DNA of 64,000 nucleotides from Setoptus koraiensis. Lineage: Eukaryota; Animalia; Arthropoda. Made by a program: the position numbers and the translations under genes. The stretch spans positions 8,246,001-8,310,000 of the forward strand of contig CM106586.1 of the NCBI GenBank assembly GCA_048013815.1. The letters run 5' to 3'. The notes under the pieces are model-generated. The model searched no databases and had not been told where the DNA came from. It saw only the letters and a program-made list of their open reading frames with translations. Each line of letters opens with the position of its first letter. Position 1 is the stretch's first letter. This document shows, in pieces, positions 49,380-58,921 of this stretch.

Positions 49380-51180
49380 AGTGGGGGCCGACTCGCGCGG
49401 GGCCCGTGGGACACGCCAGTCGGTGACATTTGGGCGAGCGAGCGGGCCAACGCGGATTAGCCGACGAGCTGGCCCGAGCCGCGGGCCGGGGGCCGCTCGG
49501 CGCGTAATGCACGGCCGACAGTGGCGCCCGCGCCCGGATCAACCGGATCCATCGGGCCGATCGACCCGATCGGGCCGTAAAAGCATACGGGCCGGCACGA
49601 AGCATCAATGGGCAAACAGACACAAAGTAGCTGGCACAAAGCGGTGGCATATCTATTAAATCTATTTTCGACGCGCACTTAGCCAGCCAGCCAGCCAGCC
49701 AGATATTAATGAATGAGTTTCGCTGCTTGCATATATGAGCGTGTTTTATGAATCATTGCAGTGCATGTTGCGTTCACGGCTACGTTCATTCAATGACTAA
49801 CTGACTTTGTGAGTGAAACCCGTCGCCAGTTGGAGTCGCTCGTCAGCTCTCTTGGCTAGATCGCAAACAGAGCATGTGTATTTGGGGTGGTGGTTGTTGC
49901 TGTTGCTGTTGTGGTTGTTGGTGTCGATGTCGGTGTTGGTGTCGTTGTTGCTACTGTTGCTGTTGACGCGATGCGACCGCATCGGACCGCAAAATGCATT
50001 CGCCATTCATATTATCAGCAGCGTTCGTATTATCAGCAGCACAGTTCTTATTATTAGCGTTCGTCGCAATACTGGCAAGCCCAAACAAAGTTATGAGTGG
50101 CAGCAGTAGCAGTAGCAGTTGTTTAGTAGCGGCATCATCATCATAGTCGTCGTCAAACTAACCAACGCGCACACAAATAGTCACAAAGAATCAACGCTCG
50201 ACGCCGAGATAAATAAATCTAATCATACACACACACACAAACAAACTAGTTATAACACAATAACACACACACACACAACTCAAGATAAGATAAATCAATT
50301 AGAAGCCAACACGTACAACGAGCCAGCTAGGCAAGCTACGCTGCCATTACGACACACCGAGCAACACTGGCTGCTATTTCATCAATTGTATCCAACAGAC
50401 ACAACTAACACACTCACGATTGGCTAATTGGCACGCACGGTAGCATCTTCATCAGCTTTGTAAATCAATTAATCAACACGGTGACTCTGGCAAATCTGGG
50501 TATCGCACCAACGCAGCACCAGCTTGCAAGCAGTGAGTGCGACAAACTTCACTTGTTTATCTTCCAGTTTGGCAATTGAATTGGATAATAAGCAACTAAA
50601 AGGCGACCAAAAAGCGACTAATGAGCTCATAATAAGCGAATAATAAGCGAATAATAAAAGAGCCAATATAAGAGCCGATATAAGAGCCGATATAAGAGAG
50701 AGGACAACAGGAGTAACACTTTTTCCACAAAAACTTTCACATCATCATCATCGCCACAAGACTGTGACACACAGGCGCAATCAGCCGGCGAAGCCACATC
50801 CCGGCCACCATCAGCAGCCCGCAGACGGCTCATAGACGGCTCATAGGCGGCGTAGAGAAGATACAGCGACAGCGACAACAACAACGACAACAACAACAAC
50901 AAGTTCTACTGGTGACAACCGTAGAGTGAGATAACACCATGAGTAGCGACACAAAATATTGCACACCATTCACATCATACCAAGTGTTTTCATAATAATA
51001 GTGACTCTGGCATCCAGCACAACAACCATTGATTAGTTGCCAAACTGTGAGCAAACAAACACACTTAATTAATATAATAGCGATATATTAGATAGCTAAC
51101 ACTCAACGGCAGCAACGCTGCAAACAGACACTGGCCTACACAGTGGCTTGGATTTGGGTTGCTGCTCAGTTTGAGGCGAC

Positions 51181-52066
51181 ATGCACACCAAATCGCGGAG
51201 GCTTGTCAGCCTCTTTGTGACGCTCCTCTGCTGGGGCTCGGCGTTGGGCCTGGCGCGAGCCGCACTGCATCGCCAGCCACCATTATCACCGCTATTATCG
51301 CCATTATCGTCAGCACCACCAACACCAAAAACAACAGCAACAGCAACAATTATAATAACAACAACAACAACGCCCGCGTTAGCCCAACTATTACTATCGT
51401 CATCATCGCCTCGTGACAATAGTCAATCATATCATCAGGAACTAGGTCATGTAAACAATTACGCTAGCGGCGTTGATGGCGTCGCAGCGCAACAGCCACA
51501 CAATAGCCGGCACGCCATCGAAGGAGCGGATCAACAACAACAAGATAATTATCAGCAACAGACGACCGAGAATAGAGAGATGCATTCGTCAATCAAACTA
51601 ATCAGTGATACAGTTAATAATGCTCGTCATTACAATCACAATTATAACACAGTTGTCGATAACAACAACAACAACAACAACAATGCCGCAATAAGAAAGA
51701 GGTAAGCAGCAAACTGTTGGTGTGACTCCGACATGATACTCATGATGGCCACACATGCGCCTACGTACGTGACGCTCATCAGCGACTCATCTGTCTCGAC
51801 GCAACCTCTAATCTGGCTCATCTGTTTCCTCTCTCTGTGGTCGCTATTGGTTGTTGCATTGTAAATTGCATGCACCAATTGCACACACACACACACACAC
51901 ACGCTCAATTAATTGAATTAGGTCCAGGAGAAGCGGAATATCAGATCAGCGATTGGCCGAAATTCAGACCTTGTTGGCACTGAGAAAGTTGAGCGAACGA
52001 GCGAAAAATTCTCTCGCGACAGCGGCACTCAATTCGCCGCTCGCTTTGCTGGACGAAAAATTGTAA
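51181..52066 (+). CDS. Secreted neuropeptide precursor, PTH-like/PXXXamide (iPTH) family candidate: join(51181..51701,51922..52066), 221 aa
   Basis: Signal-peptide-like start MHTKSRRLVSLFVTLLCWGSALGLARA. AAG AG|gtaagc donor and aattag|G acceptor join in phase to give IRKRSRR|SGISDQRLAEIQTLLALRKLSE...SPLALLDEKL*, a multibasic site followed by a core resembling the SDQRLAELETLLAL motif. Confidence 0.72.
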
Positions 52067-52101
52067 GTACCGGCAGTAGCAAACACACTTTTGAGACACA
52101 C

Positions 52102-52182
52102 TTTGAACACTTCGAACGCTTCGAACACTTCGAACACTTCGAACACTTCGAACACTCCGAACACTTCCAACACTTGGAACGC
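52102..52182. repeat. 9-bp tandem repeat, about 9 copies (ttcgaacac)
   Basis: Seen directly, with degenerate edges. Confidence 0.88.
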
Positions 52183-53790
52183 TCGAAGCCCGACCGAATG
52201 ACCTTACCTTGGAGCTAGGCCAAACAAGTTAGAAGTGCGCTCTCGTATAATGAATTATTTATTAATTATGTAACTCTGTCTCTGTCTATTCGCTGCTGTG
52301 TATGCATGTTCCGGGGAATGCCCAACATCACAATCAATGTTCAACATCGCCATACAGGCAGTCAGGTTAACACACCGGCGGCCAGCTAGCTATCTAGACT
52401 ACACACACACACACACACTCACACACTGACAAAAATGCATAGACATAGTCGGAACATAGTGGACGAACAAATGAACAAATGCACTTTTCCATGGGTTCAA
52501 GCATGCCGATATTTTTACACTACAACCACCACCACAACTACCGCCGCCACCACCACCACCACCACAACACAACTACCACCAATACACACCACAACCAACC
52601 ATTGGCTGCGTGATGCAACACATAAACTCAATATCACATGTATATTGTATATGTATATCTGGATATCTGGATATCTAGCCATGCAGCAGCCACTTGGAGA
52701 GGCTGACATGTCGAGAACTATTATTATTATTATTAATATTATTACTTATTACTTATTAGTATAGAGACTATCATAGAGAGACTGTGGACATTCACATTTT
52801 CTGGAAAAGGGCTTCGGCTGGCATAGTCGCCTAGACGCAATGGCACAAGCTAGACAAGTGACGATCCTATTCACTTGTAAACTTTCGAGAGCGCCACGGA
52901 AAGTGATCCATTGTGTCAACTAATAATGGAAGTGCTGCTATGAGCGATGGTGCGACCAACCAGTTGATGAGAACTCTCGTCGTCTCTATCATCTCAAGTT
53001 CCTACTAATGCACACGACTCGGCTGCCTGGCTTTGCTTTGAAAACAGACGACACACACAAACAAACAAACAGATAAATAACATACATATAAACAGATAAA
53101 CAATTTCAAAGGGCAAGCAGGCAGGTAGACAGACAGACAAATCAAGCGACTATATCGACACAAACACACACACACACTCACTACTAGCTATATTTAGTAT
53201 ATTCAATATATTATTCAATATATTATATTGTACCGACACCTGTGAGAGAGTGTGTGTGTGTGTGTGTGCGTATGCGTGAGGCCCGTGGCACATTGCATAA
53301 TAATTGTTGTTGTTCGACAAGCAAACAACAAGATAACAAGAGGCAGAGAAGAGGCGAATAAGAAGACGATCGAAATTCGAATAAGGAATTTTCGAGATTT
53401 TGAAATTTTGTTTTATTTTTTTCGCGGCAAACAACTGTACAGGTGTAACAACAACAGTACAGTTGTGCGCTGCGATTGTGCGCCGGGCCAGGGTGCATGC
53501 GCATGCGTCGCATATTTTCATCGTGCGGTTCGTATGTTTTCGATGATGATCTCCTAAAAACGCAATATACGCACTTTATGTAGCAACAATATGCAGTGTG
53601 CAATACAACAATACAATTTATTTTCGCATATACAATCGCAATTACGCAATTATTATCATTATTAATTATTATTACCTATTATTATTGTATAACAAATAAA
53701 TTATTACATTATCACATTATTACCGTAATCGGCTGGCTGTACAATTAAATAGACTATCGCTATCACTGCGCATCCGTAGACCGAGCAACA

Positions 53791-55659
53791 ATGACCGAGT
53801 GGGACGAAATCAAGAAGCTAGCAGCCGACTTCCAGCGTTTGCAGGAAAGCGACACATTGCAGAAAATATCCGAGAGGAACTGTATTGATATCATCAAGAA
53901 ACTAAGCGAGCTAAATCTCATCGATTTAATACACACCACAGATGGTAGGGAATTCATCACGCCGGCCCATCTAACCAAAGAAATTCAGGATGAGATTCAT
54001 GTCAATGGGGGCAAGGTGCACCTGCACATTCTAGCCGCCTCCCTCAACGTAGACTATCATCACATCGAGAATAAATCCAAGGATCTCGTCAAGGAATATC
54101 CAGACGAATATTTTCTAGTGCTGGGCCAAATCATACACGCCTCATACAAGGACAGTCTGGCCAAGGAAATCAATGAACAATTGCAATGCAACGGACAAAT
54201 CACAATTGCCGAACTGTCCAAAACAATAGATCTGCCAGCGGATTTCATCTACGACATTGTTACCGAACGTCTTGGAACTATTGTGGAGGGCATTGCGGCC
54301 TCGCACGACCCGAGGACATTTTACACTGCCGACTTTATTGCGCGCTACAGATCGAAAATATCCGGCGCTCTTTCCGGCGTCACATGTCCAACTACCATTG
54401 CCACCTTGCTCAAACGCTTCCCCGACATACCTGAACGAATTTTGTTGCCTGTAACAGAGGCCTTAATTAAGGAGGGACGAGTCGATGCAACCATCGAGAG
54501 TAGAATATTCATACCGGCAATATATGCTCGCGAACAAAACATATGGATAGACAATTTCTACAAGCAAAACTCCTACATTGAATATGACGTTCTATCCAGG
54601 ATGAACATCAAACAACCTAAGGCCTTTCTGAGAAAAAAATTCAACAATTGCGTTTTTTTGAAAACCTGCTGTGTTAGCCAGTTAATATCGGCTCAAGTGG
54701 AATCTGTTATTGAAGAATGCATCGCTTCAAACAGCTGGATGGACCTTACATCAGTTCTGCCGTCAATTTTGGATCAGGACGATGTAGAACTGCTGGTTCA
54801 AGATGCCTTCAAATCAAACAAAAGCTTCGAAACTTCGTGCATTATAATAAACAAAGTCAACGTATGTGGTAAAGGATTTTTAGAAACATGCAAAAATTCA
54901 TTCGACACTGTGATGAAATCAAGGGCAAACGACCAGCTAAAGGAAGGCCGTCTCATGAACTATTTCGTCGGTGTTGATGAAACTGTCCGAAACGTGACGG
55001 AAGCAGAAAAAGATGATCTGAAGGAGGAAGCCACTAAAGACGAACCGACGGAAACGAAACCAATAGAAACAAAACCAACAGAAACAAAACCAACAGAAAC
55101 AAAATCACCGGAAACAAAACCAGTGGAAATAAAACCAACTGAAACAAAACCAACTGATGAAGCACCTCAAGGTAAAGGTTCCAAGGCTAGTAAAGCTGCA
55201 AACAGACGAAGTGGAGGAGGTGGAGGTGGTACCCAAGGGCGCGAAGTCAAAACAAAGAACGTCAAAAAGAAGTACATACCTGGAAACAAGCATAATCAGT
55301 CAAAGAACGACGACGATTCGGACAACGAGCCCACCAATGTAAAATCCAGCAATAAAGGTCGCAGAGGTAGAACCTCGAAGAGATCAATATCCCCTGATCA
55401 AGGCCAAACGAAGCAAAGCGAGCATTTGAAAGAACCCTTGACATTTATGACTGTTGATGAGATAAGTGAGCAATTGTCAACGAGTATTGAGGACGGACGC
55501 AATTGTGATCCTGATTTCCTGGAATCAATTGCCAGCATAATTGAACAGGATTTGAATAGCACCTATTTGAGTATAGCACACGATATATTTAATGAATCCT
55601 TAAAAGAACATGATGATCAACTAGACAATGGTTCCGACGAGATTGAAGTTATTTCGTAA
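53791..55659 (+). CDS. UFL1: E3 UFM1-protein ligase 1 (622 aa, intronless, short C-terminus)
   Basis: MTEWDEIKKLAADFQRLQ...KISERNCIDII...DLIHTTDGREFITP..L.KEI.DE matches the UFL1 N-terminus; the GGG..GREVKTKNVKKKY basic segment is present. Confidence 0.95.
   Translation: MTEWDEIKKLAADFQRLQESDTLQKISERNCIDIIKKLSELNLIDLIHTTDGREFITPAHLTKEIQDEIHVNGGKVHLHILAASLNVDYHHIENKSKDLVKEYPDEYFLVLGQIIHASYKDSLAKEINEQLQCNGQITIAELSKTIDLPADFIYDIVTERLGTIVEGIAASHDPRTFYTADFIARYRSKISGALSGVTCPTTIATLLKRFPDIPERILLPVTEALIKEGRVDATIESRIFIPAIYAREQNIWIDNFYKQNSYIEYDVLSRMNIKQPKAFLRKKFNNCVFLKTCCVSQLISAQVESVIEECIASNSWMDLTSVLPSILDQDDVELLVQDAFKSNKSFETSCIIINKVNVCGKGFLETCKNSFDTVMKSRANDQLKEGRLMNYFVGVDETVRNVTEAEKDDLKEEATKDEPTETKPIETKPTETKPTETKSPETKPVEIKPTETKPTDEAPQGKGSKASKAANRRSGGGGGGTQGREVKTKNVKKKYIPGNKHNQSKNDDDSDNEPTNVKSSNKGRRGRTSKRSISPDQGQTKQSEHLKEPLTFMTVDEISEQLSTSIEDGRNCDPDFLESIASIIEQDLNSTYLSIAHDIFNESLKEHDDQLDNGSDEIEVIS
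55051..55155 (+). repeat. 15-bp coding minisatellite, 7 copies (ETKPT-like pentapeptide), inside UFL1
   Basis: gaaacaaaaccaaca-type units at 55051, 55066, 55081, 55096, 55111, 55126 and 55141. Confidence 0.92.
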
Positions 55660-55702
55660 TCATAATCTAGAACAAATAAACAAAATTGTGTGTCTTGAAT
55701 AA

Positions 55703-56278
55703 CTATCGAGCTGTGAATGCCTTTTCTCTTCTTATCACACTCTCATCAAACTTAATCATGAACGTAGTGCCCTGGTGCCAATGCACAGTGACTTTACTGG
55801 CAAAGCAACACTGTTCCAGTGCTGCCTCTATTATGCCGGCAACAAAAGATGCACAATTTAAGTTGCCTTTGTCCTTTGGCACGGATATGTATTTGTTTGT
55901 GATTGGCTCTTTCTCTATTAAGTAATATATACATTCATCATCGTTGGCTTGTTCCAATTTATCTGCCTCTTTGCCAAATAGGGTCTTCCATAGATAGGTT
56001 TTAATAAACATCAATATGTTGATCAATCGTGTTTCACGCCTGAGACTCTTGTCACGACTCAAAATGAGATCCACTATTCTGACTCCCACATGTTTACCAG
56101 CGTTTGCCAGACGAGCCTGTAGTTCGGGTATCGTGGAGGATCGACTTTGTGAGTATTCAACGATTTCACAAAACAACAAACTAAACGCTGACAAATTAAT
56201 AGAATTTTGTGCCTTAGATATGGGCTGATCCACAATGCTCTTCTTCGATCTGGCCACATTGAACTCCCTGATGTCCAT
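55703..56278 (-). CDS. TRAPPC5: Trafficking protein particle complex subunit 5 (Trs31), intronless
   Basis: INLSAFSLLFCEIVEYSQSR...LQARLANAGKHVG.RI.DL, LWKTLFGKEADKLEQANDD, YISVPKDKGNLNCASFVAGIIE and VTVHWHQGTTFMIKFD; 191 aa. Confidence 0.96.
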   Translation of the reverse strand: MDIREFNVARSKKSIVDQPISKAQNSINLSAFSLLFCEIVEYSQSRSSTIPELQARLANAGKHVGVRIVDLILSRDKSLRRETRLINILMFIKTYLWKTLFGKEADKLEQANDDECIYYLIEKEPITNKYISVPKDKGNLNCASFVAGIIEAALEQCCFASKVTVHWHQGTTFMIKFDESVIRREKAFTAR

Positions 56279-56980
56279 CGTGATTAATTTGTGTTGTGTT
56301 TGTTAAATTAGTAATGTGATTAAAGAGATAAATATTATTATTGGTCTGACGACGATTATGCAACACACAGACAGGTTTGTCTGAACACCACACGTTTGAA
56401 TACTAGTATTAGTACCTGGTATAGTACTGTAGTACTCGGTGAGATTTTGGTCGAGATTTCTGTGCCATGGCATAAGGGGCACAGTGTGTAGCGTTGACAA
56501 AGCTAGGCGCTAAAGCGCTGATAAAGCGTATAACTGCACAGTCTGGCGGCCTGTTAAGCTGTGCGACTGCCATGTCAAGTTGTTAGTGTGTCAGTGAGAT
56601 AAATACAAACCAGCGGCGAGTCTAACTGGAACTGTTTTTTATTAATCAGCTGAACAAACGTAGTAGTCGTCTAAAGCCAGACAAAAGTATATGACCTGGC
56701 AGTTCACAGACACCATTCTACCGTTTAGACTATTCTCTCCAATCACCATCAACTCGTTTATAGTCAGCGACTGAATATAATTACGTAACATTAACCACAA
56801 CTCTCTAGAGTCTGGACTAACTCTTTTACATTAGAATCTCCATACAACAATTACGCCCAGTATAAATATTGTAATATCTAATATTAAATAATAGTAGTAG
56901 TAATAACATAAGTTATCTTATTTTACCATTTGCCATACAATCGCACAATACTAATACTTTGAAACAACAACAATAACAAC

Positions 56981-58258
56981 ATGACTACAGTCGCTAAAAT
57001 AGCCGGAAAGATAAAATGTGGTCCCGTTGTCGAGATGCAAGGTGACGAAATGACGCGAATCATTTGGGACCTAATCAAGGAGAAACTCATTCTACCATTC
57101 CTCGATATTGATTTGAAATTTTTCGATCTGGGCATTGAAAATCGTGATGCAACCGACGACAAGGTAACTATAGAATGTGCCGAAGCAATGAAATTATATA
57201 ATGTTGGTGTCAAGTGTGCCACCATAACGCCAGACGAGGCCAGAGTTGAGGAGTTCAAACTGAAACAAATGTGGCGCTCGCCCAATGGTACCATCAGGAA
57301 CATTCTAGGCGGTACATTGTTTAGAGAGCCCATCATTTGTAAGAATGTGCCTCGCTTAGTGCCTGGCTGGACCAAGCCCATCATCATTGGTCGTCATGCT
57401 TTTGGTGACCAATATAGAGCCACTGATTTTGTTGTTCCGGGTGCGGGCAAACTAGAGATAACATGGACAGCGGCCGATGGATCGAAGAAAATATCTCATG
57501 AAGTGCACAATTTTACAAAAGAGCAAGCAATCTCGGACGATTTCGCCGGAGTCTCATTATCCATGTTCAACGTGGCCTCTAGTATTCGTGACTTTGCTAG
57601 GGCCTCATTTGAATATGCCCTTCAACGCAAACTACCATTGTACTTGAGCACTAAAAATACCATTTTGAAACGCTACGATGGAAAGTTTCGAGACACATTC
57701 GCACAAGTATTTGTAGAGGAAAACTACAAACCCAAGTATGATGAAGCAGGTATTTGGTATGAGCACAGACTGATCGATGATATGGTTGCTCAAGTAATGA
57801 AATCTGATGGTGGATTTGTATGGGCTTGCAAAAACTACGACGGAGACGTGCAATCTGACTCAGTGGCTCAGGGATATGGATCGCTTGGTCTGATGACCTC
57901 AGTACTAATTACACCTGATGGTAAAACAATGGAGGCTGAGGCCGCTCACGGTACCGTGACTCGCCACTATCGTATGCACCAGCAAGGCAAAGAGACATCA
58001 ACCAATCCAATAGCATCGATCTATGCCTGGACTAGAGGCCTGTTGCATAGAGCAAAGTTGGACAATAATCAGGCCCTCCATGAATTCGCAACTAAACTAG
58101 AACAAGTTTGCGTCGACACTATAGAGTCCGGCTTTATGACAAAAGATTTAGCAATATGCATCAAAGGTTCCAACGTTCAACGCTCAGATTACCTTAATAC
58201 CTTTGAATTTCTAGATAAATTAGCTGAAAATCTCTCAGCAGCGCTAGCAGCCAAGTGA
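56981..58258 (+). CDS. IDH1: NADP-dependent isocitrate dehydrogenase (IDH1-type, no obvious mitochondrial presequence), intronless
   Basis: [73 protein letters not shown] and [12 protein letters not shown]; 425 aa. Confidence 0.97.
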   Translation: MTTVAKIAGKIKCGPVVEMQGDEMTRIIWDLIKEKLILPFLDIDLKFFDLGIENRDATDDKVTIECAEAMKLYNVGVKCATITPDEARVEEFKLKQMWRSPNGTIRNILGGTLFREPIICKNVPRLVPGWTKPIIIGRHAFGDQYRATDFVVPGAGKLEITWTAADGSKKISHEVHNFTKEQAISDDFAGVSLSMFNVASSIRDFARASFEYALQRKLPLYLSTKNTILKRYDGKFRDTFAQVFVEENYKPKYDEAGIWYEHRLIDDMVAQVMKSDGGFVWACKNYDGDVQSDSVAQGYGSLGLMTSVLITPDGKTMEAEAAHGTVTRHYRMHQQGKETSTNPIASIYAWTRGLLHRAKLDNNQALHEFATKLEQVCVDTIESGFMTKDLAICIKGSNVQRSDYLNTFEFLDKLAENLSAALAAK

Positions 58259-58921
58259 AGTTGATGCTCTTAAATATCTGATTGTCAATTATGATATTTT
58301 CTAGGTGATCGGGATGGATAACACAGACATCTGTATTCAGCTCTTCAATCTACCATTTTAGTTATGTTCAACAGAGCATTGAATAAAATTTACTTTTGCA
58401 CTTACATTTCGAATAGTCCTGTCAAGAAAAAGATATATAATCGAACTCTGCTGAATCTTCCTTTCCTTTCTGATTTGCTTTCGACTGCTCATTCATCTTT
58501 TCTACAGCACTCAAACAAACTCGATAAGAATAAAGTGATCTTGAGAGAACGAACGGAGAATCTATTCAAATTGAGCACCAGTGTGAGATGATAAAGACAC
58601 AGAGGCATTGAGCATCAAATTGTGTTGATCGGGTGGTTAGAATCATCGAGTTTCTGATGAGATCTCAATTGACAATAATTCTTTTCTATAAATACAATAA
58701 TAAAATAATGTGTATTAAATTTAATATTATTTTCAATAATAATCATAATTGTCATACGCTATCCTGATGTAAACAATTTATATACACCTTTTTGTGTAAC
58801 AATCAAATAGAGTTGTTTACCCTGTATGCAATCAATTCATGAGGACTGCTTTGTATCTTTTTATGTCTCACAAGAGGCTTCATAAAATGTGGGTAAAAAA
58901 TTCTCTATATTTTCTCTGATT

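Noticed and set aside
50058-50096. RSSQYWQAQTKL* after a TAG acceptor, resembling the Pax6 SQYWPRLQ end
   Set aside because: It is phase 0, incompatible with the phase-1 donor at 46530 without an unseen intermediate exon; the similarity is only 4 residues.
53753-53888. Phase-compatible acceptor giving a PAFA-G-KR (PXXXamide-like) end for the neuropeptide in an alternative frame of UFL1
   Set aside because: The motif is the shifted-frame shadow of UFL1 DFQRLQESD and would make the peptide about 75 aa. It is probably coincidence; a 52062-to-53753 junction read would reopen it.
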